A DNA stretch of 64,000 nucleotides from Candidatus Altiarchaeota archaeon. Lineage in GTDB: Archaea > Altiarchaeota > Altiarchaeia > IMC4 > SCGC-AAA252-I15. The position numbers and the translations under genes were made by a program. Shown piece after piece: positions 9,303 to 19,305 of the stretch (position 1 is its first letter; each line of letters begins with the position of its first letter). The notes under the pieces are model-generated. The model saw nothing but the letters and a program-made list of their open reading frames with translations, made no database searches and was not told the DNA's origin. Location of the stretch: NCBI GenBank assembly GCA_043804895.1, contig JAZDIN010000025.1, positions 36,764-100,763 of the forward strand. Reading direction: 5' to 3'.

Positions 9303-10849
9303 TGGCAGATGAGATATCCCTGAAGGACGTGATGCTGAAGGCAAGCGTCACAATGATGGCAATCATGGTAGCCTCAAGATTCCTAGGTTACTTATTCCAC
9401 CTAATATTCGTCAGGTCATTCCCCCAAGAAGATTACGGCACATTCATCTTCGTCTGGTCCATGGGCCTCTTCCTGTGCGGTCTCATACCCAACATACCTG
9501 CTGCCATGGGCCGTTACGTCGCATTCTACCGCGGCGGAAAAGACAGTAAGGGGTTGGAGTCTACAATATCCACCGGCCTACTACTCAACACCGCTCTTTT
9601 AATCCTGGCTTTGGCCATCACCTCCACTATTTACCTGTCTGGATTATACTCATTCGGCATCAAAAACCATCCATCGTTCGCCTTCATGTTATCAGCCATG
9701 ATACTGACCTCAGTGAGTTGCCTCTTTGGAGGCATACTCACCGGCCACCGAAGGCCGGAGGTCTCGTCGTTCTTCAACTTCCTACAGAACCTGCTTAGAA
9801 TATCAGCTGTTGTCTTAGCGGCACTGCTTTTGGCGTCCCTATGGGGTGTCATGGTCCTTGTGGCATTCTCATTCCTTCTTTCCACAATGCTCCTCATTAT
9901 ATACGAGCACAGGACCTACGGCTTCGGTCGCTCATTCGACGCTGGCATTGCGAAGAAACTCATCGGTTTCGGGTTTTTCAGCATCATCCACGTGACCTCA
10001 AACAACATGCTCTCCTGGGCTAACATATTCCTCCTGCAGTTCTTCCTAAGTTCGGCAGTCGTTGCGGTCTACAACGTCGCATGGCTTGCATCGACAGTCA
10101 ATTTGCTCTTCTTCACAGCTGTGCTTCAGATATTCTCCCCCGTGGTGACTGAGCTGTTCGGTGCCAAGAAAAGTGAAAGGATATCCTACATCACCTCCTA
10201 CCTCATTGAATCATTCTTCCTCCTGTTCCTACCCATTTTCCTCGCGGTGTTTATTTTCGCTCGTGAAATCCTTGTCCTGTTCGTAACTTCAGACTACCTC
10301 CAGGCAGCTGACCCCCTTCGAATACTCTCATTAAACGCGTTCTTCTTCGGCATAGCGATGCTATTCATAGAGCTTATCAACGCGGAAGGCAGGCCTGAGC
10401 TTAACGCCAGGAACATCGGATTCGGTGCACTGTTGAATTTGGCCCTGAACCTGTTGTTAATACCTCCGTTAGGGATGTTTGGCTCAGCGTTGGCGACGCT
10501 CGCATCATCAGTCGCAATACTGCTTCTGTCATACGGTCACGTGAGGGGCGTAGTGCGACTGTCATACTCTCCCCTCAGGATATGCAAACTATTCGCATCC
10601 TCGATTCTAACCATCCTCTCCATCTCTGTCATCAAGGAGGCTGTTGAGGCCTCGGTAATATCACTCGTCTTGTCGTCAGTATCCCTCGTCCTCATCTACT
10701 GCCTGCTGGTTGTCGCATTGAAGTCCCTACGGCAGGAGGACGTGATGCTGGCATCGACTCTTATGGACAAGTTCAAGATCCCGACCGTACTCAGACATGG
10801 TATCTCACGCCTCCTAGGATACGGCGTCTACTCTAAGACTTCCTCGTAA
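9302..10849 (+). CDS. Wzx/MOP-family oligosaccharide flippase
   Basis: Many TM helices, 'EDYG', 'LNLLLIPPLGMFGSALAT'; start ATG 9302 overlapping the upstream stop. Confidence 0.88.
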   Translation: MADEISLKDVMLKASVTMMAIMVASRFLGYLFHLIFVRSFPQEDYGTFIFVWSMGLFLCGLIPNIPAAMGRYVAFYRGGKDSKGLESTISTGLLLNTALLILALAITSTIYLSGLYSFGIKNHPSFAFMLSAMILTSVSCLFGGILTGHRRPEVSSFFNFLQNLLRISAVVLAALLLASLWGVMVLVAFSFLLSTMLLIIYEHRTYGFGRSFDAGIAKKLIGFGFFSIIHVTSNNMLSWANIFLLQFFLSSAVVAVYNVAWLASTVNLLFFTAVLQIFSPVVTELFGAKKSERISYITSYLIESFFLLFLPIFLAVFIFAREILVLFVTSDYLQAADPLRILSLNAFFFGIAMLFIELINAEGRPELNARNIGFGALLNLALNLLLIPPLGMFGSALATLASSVAILLLSYGHVRGVVRLSYSPLRICKLFASSILTILSISVIKEAVEASVISLVLSSVSLVLIYCLLVVALKSLRQEDVMLASTLMDKFKIPTVLRHGISRLLGYGVYSKTSS

Positions 10850-11955
10850 AGCTGCATAGTCTTTGCTGCTATACTATCCCAAGAATGCGGCAGAGCGCTC
10901 TTTCTGGCTTTCGCGCTCATCCTGCCTAGGAGGTCATCATCCAGCACGTGTCTGACCTTCTCTGCAATGTCCTTTCCCTCCCTCTCTATGAAGAATCCGT
11001 TCTCCCCCTCCCTTATCAAATCCTCAGTGCCGTTAACGAGGGTCGCAAGGACTGGAAGGCCTGATGCAGCCGCCTCGAGCGTGGCCATGCTAAACCCCTC
11101 ATATGCGGTCGGGAACACGAATAGGTCGGCTGATGCATAGTACTTCCTGGCTTCACTTGAGTGTCCTGTGAACACGACTCTATCACTGACGCCCAATTCA
11201 GCAGCGCGTCTCTCATAAGGTTGTCTTTTGTCGCCGCCGACTGCGACCAGTTTCACGTCCTTCGGCAGGTGTGGTAAGGCCTCGATTACGTGCCTCAGGC
11301 CCTTTCTCTTGAACTCCCATCCAACGAATAGTAGGACGATGTCGTTTTCATCGATTCCGTGCATTCTCCTGACGTCAGTCCTGTATAACTTCCTGTTCTC
11401 TGGTGTGAACTCCTCTATGTTGACACCGTTTGGTATCAGCCTAATGTACTCATCAGGGACCCCATAGTAATGTTGTACCTCCCTGAGGTTGCCCTTTGAC
11501 AAGGCAATCAACTTCTTAAAGTTCCTGTGCGTTAGGTTGTACTTCTCTATTTGTAAGACGATGTTTGACGCGGGCTCGAAGGTCTTCAGCACCCTATACC
11601 CGAAGCCCCTCTCCCTCTTGAACTGTTCGACCGCAGCCTTATGGCAGCTTGGCGCCTTAAGTATGTTCTGGTAAAGCGACTCAGCCCCCTGACTGTGTAT
11701 GATGTCGAATTTATGTTCCTTGTCGAGCTTCCTTGCGAACACCGTGTTCTTCACTGCATTGAGGCCGATTAGCATATAATACGGCCATCGTGGTATCGGG
11801 ATCTTGTGGAATGTCACGCCGTCTATGTCGTGTTTCTGCCATGTAGTCAGGACGTGGACTTCATTGTCTTTCGCGAACCTTTCAGCCAGTTCGACAGCGT
11901 ATTTCGCGACCGCGCCCTGCTTGAAAAAGCTTGCAGTCAGGAAAAGTATTTTCAC
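10828..11955 (-). CDS. GT4 glycosyltransferase (WaaG/RfaG-like)
   Basis: 'FVGWEFKRKGL', 'FPTAYEGFSMATLEAAASGLPV'. Confidence 0.9.
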   Translation of the reverse strand: MKILFLTASFFKQGAVAKYAVELAERFAKDNEVHVLTTWQKHDIDGVTFHKIPIPRWPYYMLIGLNAVKNTVFARKLDKEHKFDIIHSQGAESLYQNILKAPSCHKAAVEQFKRERGFGYRVLKTFEPASNIVLQIEKYNLTHRNFKKLIALSKGNLREVQHYYGVPDEYIRLIPNGVNIEEFTPENRKLYRTDVRRMHGIDENDIVLLFVGWEFKRKGLRHVIEALPHLPKDVKLVAVGGDKRQPYERRAAELGVSDRVVFTGHSSEARKYYASADLFVFPTAYEGFSMATLEAAASGLPVLATLVNGTEDLIREGENGFFIEREGKDIAEKVRHVLDDDLLGRMSAKARKSALPHSWDSIAAKTMQLYEEVLE

Positions 11956-13847
11956 CCCCCAGCCTCCTCCATGAAAATCTCATGCCATGTCTTAAAGCAG
12001 TGTAACAGCCCCCAAAGCCTACGACCGTTCTCGTATTCTGTGTCTTTCGCCCTGGATTTCATGTAATGTTCAAGCAACCTCATTGTATTGGCTTTCCTGA
12101 AGTACTCTGTTCTGTCAATGAACTTCAAGACATTATCGAAGTCTGCCTTCAGTTCCTCCTTCAGCCACGCATCGAATGGTATCTCGAACCCGTGTTTTTT
12201 CCGCCTGACTATGCTCTTTGGGAGAATGTCTTTCACAGCCTTCCTGAAGATCATCTTATCCTTGCCTGCAATGCCGACCTTCATATAGGATGGTATCGTG
12301 TAAGCGTGTTCCACGAGCAGTTGGTCCAAGAGCGGAGACCTAGCTTCTACAGAATGTGCCATCGTCATCTTATCTACCTTCATTAGGAAGTCCTCAGCAA
12401 GCCATGTCTTCACGTCAAGATAAAGTATCCTGTTCAGGAAATCATTGCCTTTCGACTCCTTTGCATGTGATATGTGGGGCTCAACAGTCAGCTCATATGG
12501 ATTCGACTCGAAGATATCACGAGCTAGGACATCTTTCTTATACTCCTCTGTGAGCACCCTCGAGCCCCTGATGTACGTCCCCTTTAAGTCTCTCGCACTC
12601 CTGATAACATTTCTAACGTCCCTTGAGTCAGCCATGTTATCCATGAGGTCGCCGACGTGTTTATTGTCAGCAGCAAGGTTCAAAAGACGTGAAGTGAGCG
12701 GGATGTTGAATAGGAACTCCCGCTTTCTAACCCACCTGTACTTCGAATACCCCCCATACAGCTCATCGCCTCCGTCGCCTGTGAGATACACCGTCGCATG
12801 CTTCTTCGCGTATTTGCTCATAAGGTATGTCGGGACAATAGCATAGTCAGCAATCGGTTCGTCAATGTGCCATACAATATCCCTAAACGATTTCATCGCA
12901 TCACCGCCAATCACGATTTCAGTATGCTCGGTGTTGAATTTTTCAGCGACTATGCGCGAGTAGGGTCGCTCGTCAAGTCCGCCCCATTCAAACCCGATGG
13001 ATATAGTCTTCACAGTCTCTTCCCCTAGTCTAGAAGCCAAAGCCACAATGGTGCTGGAGTCAAGCCCGCCAGAGAGGTATACGCCAAGCGGGACGTCGCT
13101 CACCAGCCTCATAGCGACCGCATCCTCAAGGAGCATCATCATCCCAGATATGAACTGTCGTTCGCTCTTGGCCACATTACTCTCAAGGTCAATATCCCAA
13201 TACTTTTCTAACATGACCCTACCTTCCCTCACAGTCATATGGTGTCCAGGCCTCAGCTTGTGCACCCCATCGAACATAGTCAGAGGTGCTGGGACGTACT
13301 GGTGGGTCATGTAGGCGTTCAAACCTTCCAATGAAACCTTCCTCACGAATCCAGGATACCTAAGCATCGCCTTTATCTCAGAGGCGAATATGAAATTGCC
13401 TTCCACTAGGGAGTAGTAAAGCGGCTTCTTCCCAAGTCTGTCCCTGGCCAGGAAAAGGCGTTCCCCCTTCCTGTCCCATATTGCGAATGCGAACATGCCT
13501 CTTAGTTTTTTCACGCAGTCTTTGCCGTATTCCTCGAAGCTGTGTATTATGACTTCCGTGTCTGTGTCGGTCCTGAACCTGTGTCCTTTGGCTTCTAGGT
13601 CTGCTCGCAGACTCTTGAAGTTGTATATCTCCCCGTTGTAGACTATCCATATGTCTCCGTCCTCGTTGCACATCGGCTGGCGGCCTCGTTCGCTCAGGTC
13701 TATGATGCTCAACCTAGTGTGGCCGAGGCTGATTCCCGCATCAGTGTATACTCCAGAATCATCCGGCCCACGATGCCTGAGAGATTCTCCCATCCTCTCA
13801 AGAAGTCCTCTGTCATCAACACCCAGTATGCCGAATATCCCGCACAT
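11952..13847 (-). CDS. asnB: Glutamine-hydrolysing asparagine-synthase-family amidotransferase, copy 1
   Basis: N-terminal MCGI, 'HRGPD', 'NGEIYN', 'LSGGLDSS', 'GDGGDE', 'KVDK'. Confidence 0.93.
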   Translation of the reverse strand: MCGIFGILGVDDRGLLERMGESLRHRGPDDSGVYTDAGISLGHTRLSIIDLSERGRQPMCNEDGDIWIVYNGEIYNFKSLRADLEAKGHRFRTDTDTEVIIHSFEEYGKDCVKKLRGMFAFAIWDRKGERLFLARDRLGKKPLYYSLVEGNFIFASEIKAMLRYPGFVRKVSLEGLNAYMTHQYVPAPLTMFDGVHKLRPGHHMTVREGRVMLEKYWDIDLESNVAKSERQFISGMMMLLEDAVAMRLVSDVPLGVYLSGGLDSSTIVALASRLGEETVKTISIGFEWGGLDERPYSRIVAEKFNTEHTEIVIGGDAMKSFRDIVWHIDEPIADYAIVPTYLMSKYAKKHATVYLTGDGGDELYGGYSKYRWVRKREFLFNIPLTSRLLNLAADNKHVGDLMDNMADSRDVRNVIRSARDLKGTYIRGSRVLTEEYKKDVLARDIFESNPYELTVEPHISHAKESKGNDFLNRILYLDVKTWLAEDFLMKVDKMTMAHSVEARSPLLDQLLVEHAYTIPSYMKVGIAGKDKMIFRKAVKDILPKSIVRRKKHGFEIPFDAWLKEELKADFDNVLKFIDRTEYFRKANTMRLLEHYMKSRAKDTEYENGRRLWGLLHCFKTWHEIFMEEAGG

Positions 13848-15019
13848 TACCTAATGCACCCACCATAGACTTTGATTGTGTCGGCAACCATCTTCTCCCT
13901 GCTGAAGCCCTCCTCTATTGTCTTGCGTGCTGAACTTCCAAGTCGCCTTGCCAGTTTCTCATTTTCAAGGACTTCAATCAACCTATTAGCAAGCGTGTCA
14001 ATGTCTTTAGGCTTGACCAGTAAACCGTTAACGCCGTCGGTGATTACTGACGGAATCCCCCCAATCTCAGAGGCTATTACCGGTTTCCCGCAGGCCATAG
14101 CCTCAAGTTCAATTAAAGGCAGACCCTCAACACGGATGGTAGGTATTATGAAAGCTTCACAGGCGTTGTAGTAGTCTGCCAATCCCTCGTGTTGGACCTT
14201 TCCCATGAATGTGACATTTTTTCCAAGTTTCAGTCTGATAGTCCGTTGTTCTAAACTCTTACGGTAAGGTCCGTCCCCGACTACTATGAGATGCGCGTTT
14301 GGAATCCTATCAACAAGCTTTGCGAGAGCCTCAATGAGGTACTGCACACCCTTCTGCCTGTGCAGGACCGAGACGCTAAGAATAATCCTCTCTCCTGGAT
14401 ACTCCCCCATAACCTTGCTAGCATACGATCTAAATACTGTAGTGTCAATGCCATTGTATATGGTTTTAACCGTGTCCTTGGCTATGTTGAATTCTTTTGG
14501 TATATCCTCACTGAGTTCCTTGCTTATAGCTATCACCGCCTCGCTTTCCTTTATGAATTCTTTTGTCCAGTAATAGTGGTTAAAGGTATGGAACAGAATT
14601 TTCGGAAATAGCATCAGACTGAAACCCTGGTTGATGATGCTTCGGATTTCGCTCAATGACGTTCCATGCATCGTCGTGATCAAAGGCACTCCCAGCCTCT
14701 TTTTGATTCCATCGCGCACGTAATAGAAGGCAGCTGTAGACTGGCTGTGTACGACGTCAAATTTCTTTTCCCTGTGTAGTTCTTCCAGTTTATTCAAGGC
14801 TTTCCTACCAAGTGGTTTCTTGCTTGTTGCATCGACGTCCGTATAATAGATTTCGACTCCGTCCACGGACTCATGCATAATCCCACTCGGGTGCCTGCTC
14901 GTTATGACTATAACCTCATGTCCGGATTTTGCTATACCTTTCGCCAAATCCATGGCGTGTATCTCCATCCCACCCAGAACGTGAGACGGCAACAGCATCG
15001 TGAACATGCAAACTCTCAT
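13847..15019 (-). CDS. GT4 glycosyltransferase
   Basis: 'GGMEIH', 'QKGVQYL', 'EGLPLIELEAMACGKPVI'; start ATG 15019. Confidence 0.92.
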   Translation of the reverse strand: MRVCMFTMLLPSHVLGGMEIHAMDLAKGIAKSGHEVIVITSRHPSGIMHESVDGVEIYYTDVDATSKKPLGRKALNKLEELHREKKFDVVHSQSTAAFYYVRDGIKKRLGVPLITTMHGTSLSEIRSIINQGFSLMLFPKILFHTFNHYYWTKEFIKESEAVIAISKELSEDIPKEFNIAKDTVKTIYNGIDTTVFRSYASKVMGEYPGERIILSVSVLHRQKGVQYLIEALAKLVDRIPNAHLIVVGDGPYRKSLEQRTIRLKLGKNVTFMGKVQHEGLADYYNACEAFIIPTIRVEGLPLIELEAMACGKPVIASEIGGIPSVITDGVNGLLVKPKDIDTLANRLIEVLENEKLARRLGSSARKTIEEGFSREKMVADTIKVYGGCIR

Positions 15020-15143
15020 TACAAATACGCGAGGATATTCGCTAGACTGCAGTCTAGCGAATGTGTGCGAGCATGGCTCGCCCACATTCCCTTTACTCGC
15101 TTGCACCTCCTACGTGTTTTCGACTGTTTGACATTTTAAGTGT
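15017..15143 (-). promoter_or_regulatory. Structured 5' leader element (module Z), copy 1
   Basis: 30/42 nt identical at the 5' block and 18/21 at the 3' block to 59913-60025(+). Contains AGGAGGTG, the stem GCGAG/CTCGC and the perfect palindrome 15037-15062; abuts the ATG. Confidence 0.7.
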
Positions 15144-15155
15144 TAATACTGACGC

Positions 15156-15171
15156 CTTTAAGATTCGGTCA
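15156..15171 (-). promoter_or_regulatory. Putative BRE-TATA promoter
   Basis: TGACCGAATCTTAAAG, 15/16 identical to 30888-30903(+); TATA-like CTTAAA about 28 nt before ATG 15134. Confidence 0.45.
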
Positions 15172-15172
15172 T

Positions 15173-16234
15173 TTATTTTATGCCGCTGAAACCTATGTCG
15201 TCCCTGAAGTTCTTCCTCCCAATATCGTCCTCCCTCCTCCTGTTAAGCTTTAGTTTGGAGTATCCTTCCCCCTCCAACCAACCCCTAACCTCGCCTTCGG
15301 TGTGGAAGTGCTCGTACTCTGGGCTCCACCAATCGAAGGTGTCAGCCCACCGCTCTTCCGGGTAAGGCCTCTTTGAAATGAAGAAGAAAAGCCTTCCCAC
15401 CTGCAGCCTAAGCCATTCGTTACCTATACCCCTCACGAGCCCCCCCAGCGGAACCCCAACCCAAGAGAGCCTCCATAACATCCATATAGGCATCCGTGTA
15501 GTGAAGACCCTGATTACATTGTTTAAGAACATCGAAAGAGGACTCCTCTTACGGTAGACCCACACCGCTAGCAGGCCGCCTCTTTTCACCATCTTTGATA
15601 TGCATTTGAACGCGCCTTTCGGGTCGGGTGTGTGGTGTAACACACCAATGCTATAAACGAAGTCGAATGTACCCTCCCTAAGTGGGATGTTGAAGAGGTC
15701 GGCTTGGACGACGTGCACCCTCCCGACCCCTCGTGTATTCTCATAAGCGCTTTCAACTGCCTGGCTTAAGTCCACGGCCACGATCTCTGCCCCATGTTTG
15801 GCGGCTACTAGGCTGTATCTGCCGTAGCCGCATCCTCCATCCAGGCACAATTTTCCTTTTAGGAATTTCTCGTCAACCCCTGTCTTATCGAAGAATATGG
15901 GGCTTTCTTCCATTTCGTTTATAATTTTGTACTTGGTCCACTGGAATCCAAAGCTCTTGCTGGTGCTCTCCTTAAACTTCTTGAACTCCTGGATGTCTCT
16001 ATCGGATACTATTCCCTCCGGTAGTTTGTCTCTGTATCTCTCAGCAAAGGAAGGATGTTCCTTTAGGGTGTTGGGGAGAATTCTTGGAATCCCTCCGATA
16101 ATGGGGTACCAGTTTCCGCAATTGCATGTGAGTAGCCCGTCGACAATCTCCTCCTTGTTATACAAAAATGGCGTGCACTTGAAATCTCCTTTGCAACTTG
16201 GGCAGGCCAAGAAATCAAGCAACCTACGGTCCAT
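15173..16234 (-). CDS. Class I SAM methyltransferase with N-terminal Trm112-like zinc domain
   Basis: 'LLDFLACPSCKG...LTCNCGNWYPIIGGIPRIL', then 'LDGGCGYGR' and 'GVLHHTPD'; start ATG 16234. Confidence 0.85.
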   Translation of the reverse strand: MDRRLLDFLACPSCKGDFKCTPFLYNKEEIVDGLLTCNCGNWYPIIGGIPRILPNTLKEHPSFAERYRDKLPEGIVSDRDIQEFKKFKESTSKSFGFQWTKYKIINEMEESPIFFDKTGVDEKFLKGKLCLDGGCGYGRYSLVAAKHGAEIVAVDLSQAVESAYENTRGVGRVHVVQADLFNIPLREGTFDFVYSIGVLHHTPDPKGAFKCISKMVKRGGLLAVWVYRKRSPLSMFLNNVIRVFTTRMPIWMLWRLSWVGVPLGGLVRGIGNEWLRLQVGRLFFFISKRPYPEERWADTFDWWSPEYEHFHTEGEVRGWLEGEGYSKLKLNRRREDDIGRKNFRDDIGFSGIK

Positions 16235-16269
16235 ACTAACTACATGTATTGTGTATATAATATAAGCCT

Positions 16270-18138
16270 CTACAGGCTCCCTGGTGGCATTCCATCGATG
16301 TACATCCTCTGCCACAGTTCCAGTGTGATGAGGGCCCATATCTGGTGCCCCCTCCACAGGTTTTTTGGTTTTCCGAGGAGTGCTTGGACCTTATCGGGCC
16401 TAAGTATCCCTCGTCTTCTCACATTTTCCTTTGATAATATGTCATGCGCAAACTCGCGCAGTTCGTTGAGCATCCAGTGGTGCATCGGCACCCGGAATCC
16501 CTGCTTTTTGCGTGCAAGTATCTCCTTAGGTAGCCTATCCCTCATAAGCCTCTTGAGTATGTACTTGTCTGTGGAGCCCCTCAGCTTCATATGGGCTGGA
16601 AGCGACATGGTGTATTCGAGGAGTTTGTGGTCTAGGAGGGGTACGCGGCCCTCTATCGCCCACGCCATGCTAGTCTTATCAAGTTTCATGAGTAGGTCCT
16701 CTGGGACCCACGTCTTCAAGTCAACGTATTGTAAGCGGCTGAGGAACGTCGGCATGTTCCGTGCCCTGAAGCACTGGCGTACTGTGCTGAGGGAGTCGAC
16801 GCTGGCGTTCGCCTTCTGGAACTCCCCAGTATAATACTCACCCCTCTCCTCCTCGTCTAGGACGTGGCCCTGACCCAAGTAGACCTTTTCCTCGTCTGCA
16901 GCTGAGATATACCTTAAGTATCTTTTACCTCGTGTGAATCCGGGGATATTTTTTATCGCGTATGGTATGACATTATCCTTCATCACAGGGGGCAGGATAT
17001 TGCGCATGCGGTCGCCTACGTTGAGTAGTTTGTATGTTCTGTAGCCTGCGAATGCCTCGTCTCCGCCTTCGCCCGTGAGTACTACCGTCACCTTCCTTTT
17101 CGCCCGTTCAGACAGGAAATATGTCGGCACAGCCGCAGGGTCGCCGATGGGTTCATCCAGATGCCATATCACCAATGGAAGGGACTTCAGCGCATGATGG
17201 GAGTCGATAATGATCTCATGATGGTCTGTTCTATAGTGGTCTGCCACAGTCTTCGCGTATTTCACCTCATCAACGTCCTCGTACCCGAATCCTACGCTAA
17301 ACGTCTTCACAGGTTCAGGCATCATCGACGTCATCATGTCAACCATTGTGCTTGAGTCAAGGCCGCCTGAGAGATAGGCGCCGAGTGACACGTCGCTCAT
17401 CAGGCGCATCCTCACGCAATCCGAAAGTAGCGCATCAAGTTCTTTAAGGCACTGGCTTTCGCTGACATCATGCAGTTGAGCCTTAAGGTCCCAGTATTGG
17501 GTGACGTTGGTCTTGCCACCCTCGCGCACTAGCATGTGGCCTGGCTGTAGTTTCATCACCCCCTCAAGTGCAGTTTGCATTCCTGGGACATACTGGAGGG
17601 TGAGGTAATAGTGGATTGCCTTCTTGTTCAACGCCGGATTTAAGCCATCATACTCTAAAAGCGCCTTCACTTCCGAGGCGAACAGGAACGCTCCATCCTT
17701 TTCAAAGTAGTAGACTGGTTTTATGCCTAACCTGTCTCTTGCTAGGACGAGCCTCTTCTTGGACGCATCCCAGAGGGCGATTGCGAACATCCCCCTCAGG
17801 TGTTCGACAAAAAGTGGACCATGTTCCTCATACAGGTGCACGATGACCTCCGTGTCGGTGTTTGTCCTGAACTTGTGGCCTTCAGCCTCGAGTTCTCTCC
17901 TCAGTTCAAGGTAGTTGTAAATCTCCCCATTGTATATCGTGACCACATCACCTTCCTCGTTGAATATCGGCTGCTTCCCTGTTGAAAGGTCTATGATGGA
18001 AAGGCGCAGGTGGCCGAGCATCACGTCTGAATCATGGTATTCGCCGCAGTCATCTGGGCCCCTATGGTGGACTGTATCCATCATATCCCTGAGCAGTCCC
18101 CTGTCCTCAAAACCCATTATCCCCACAATACCACACAC
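16270..18138 (-). CDS. asnB: Asparagine-synthase-family amidotransferase, copy 2
   Basis: GTG start gives the required Cys2 (MCGIVG); 'HRGPD', 'LSGGLDSS', 'GEGGDE'. Confidence 0.93.
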   Translation of the reverse strand: MCGIVGIMGFEDRGLLRDMMDTVHHRGPDDCGEYHDSDVMLGHLRLSIIDLSTGKQPIFNEEGDVVTIYNGEIYNYLELRRELEAEGHKFRTNTDTEVIVHLYEEHGPLFVEHLRGMFAIALWDASKKRLVLARDRLGIKPVYYFEKDGAFLFASEVKALLEYDGLNPALNKKAIHYYLTLQYVPGMQTALEGVMKLQPGHMLVREGGKTNVTQYWDLKAQLHDVSESQCLKELDALLSDCVRMRLMSDVSLGAYLSGGLDSSTMVDMMTSMMPEPVKTFSVGFGYEDVDEVKYAKTVADHYRTDHHEIIIDSHHALKSLPLVIWHLDEPIGDPAAVPTYFLSERAKRKVTVVLTGEGGDEAFAGYRTYKLLNVGDRMRNILPPVMKDNVIPYAIKNIPGFTRGKRYLRYISAADEEKVYLGQGHVLDEEERGEYYTGEFQKANASVDSLSTVRQCFRARNMPTFLSRLQYVDLKTWVPEDLLMKLDKTSMAWAIEGRVPLLDHKLLEYTMSLPAHMKLRGSTDKYILKRLMRDRLPKEILARKKQGFRVPMHHWMLNELREFAHDILSKENVRRRGILRPDKVQALLGKPKNLWRGHQIWALITLELWQRMYIDGMPPGSL

Positions 18139-18140
18139 CG

Positions 18141-19250
18141 TCAATCACCAATCAACTCATCGTATATTCCTTCAAGCTTCGCAGCCTGTTTTTTAATGTT
18201 AAACTCCGATTCAACATGCTTCCTCCCCTCCACACCCATCTTATCACATAGGTTGGTGTTATCTATAAGCCTGATCATTGCACTGCCAAGGCTCTTAATA
18301 TCCCTCTCCTCAACCACAATGCCCGTTTTACCCTCCAATACAAGCTCTGGTATCCCAGCGTGTCGTGTTGAGACAACTGGCATACCGGTTGCGGCGGCTT
18401 CCATAAGCACATTTGGTATCCCCTCCTTCTCTCCATCCGGTGTGGTGAATGATTGGAGCACGAAGATGTGGGATTTTAACATCTCTTCAATAACCTTATG
18501 ATGCGGTAAAGCGCCGAACAAATCAACATCGTCTAAGACACGGAGCTCCTTAGCCCTCCGTTCAATAACATCCCTGTAGGGGCCTTCGCCGACAATCTTC
18601 AGCCGCGTATTAGGGCGGCTCTCATGTACTTGTGCGAATGCCTCGACTGCGTCTTGGACGCCCTTGTTTTCCGCCAGTCTTGCCACTGTCAGAAATACAG
18701 TCCTATCTGATGGTTGCCTCTTCACGTATTGGAATTCATCCAAGTTTATCCCAGAGTGGTGGACCATTACCTTACCCTCAGGGCAGCCCATCCTGACAAG
18801 GTCCTTTTTCATGTCATACGAGCGAGCTAGGAAAATGTCCCCCTCCTTGAATAGCAGGTCGTACATTCCCGGCTTCCTTGACGGGAAAAGTGACGCATCA
18901 ATGCCCCTGAACGACGTAACAAGCGGGATAATATGCCTCCTCTTTAGGGAAAGCATTCTCAACCCGGTGGGGCCGTAATGGGCGTGCAAAAGCCTTACAT
19001 CCTCCCGCTCTATTACCTGTGAGAAGTGCGGGCACCCTAGGTGAAAATGCAGGTATGCGCCGTTAATGAGATAGCTTATGGGATTCAAGTCCGAAATGCT
19101 TCGCAAACCAGCGTAAGGGAAAGACTCCAGGTTCTTTTTTTGCGCGCAGAACACCAAAACCCTGTAAGATGTGATGCTAGTTATCTCGTTGTATATGAAT
19201 GTTTCCGTCAGCGGCAGGTACCTGAGCCTCACGTGCGCTATGGTCTCCAT
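18141..19250 (-). CDS. GT4 glycosyltransferase (WcaL-like)
   Basis: 'ETFIYNE', 'HAHYG', 'EGIPNVLMEAAATGMPVVSTRHAGIPE'. Confidence 0.9.
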   Translation of the reverse strand: METIAHVRLRYLPLTETFIYNEITSITSYRVLVFCAQKKNLESFPYAGLRSISDLNPISYLINGAYLHFHLGCPHFSQVIEREDVRLLHAHYGPTGLRMLSLKRRHIIPLVTSFRGIDASLFPSRKPGMYDLLFKEGDIFLARSYDMKKDLVRMGCPEGKVMVHHSGINLDEFQYVKRQPSDRTVFLTVARLAENKGVQDAVEAFAQVHESRPNTRLKIVGEGPYRDVIERRAKELRVLDDVDLFGALPHHKVIEEMLKSHIFVLQSFTTPDGEKEGIPNVLMEAAATGMPVVSTRHAGIPELVLEGKTGIVVEERDIKSLGSAMIRLIDNTNLCDKMGVEGRKHVESEFNIKKQAAKLEGIYDELIGD

Positions 19251-19305
19251 CTTGGTTAACTATCCTCCGGATATTTTAAAAGGAGCGACTAAAGACTAAA
19301 CTGAC

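Noticed and set aside
15017..15111. Canonical bulge-helix-bulge intron in module Z
   Set aside because: The best pairing gives a 5-bp central helix with 2-4-nt bulges, not the strict 3-4-3; kept only as a relaxed hypothesis.
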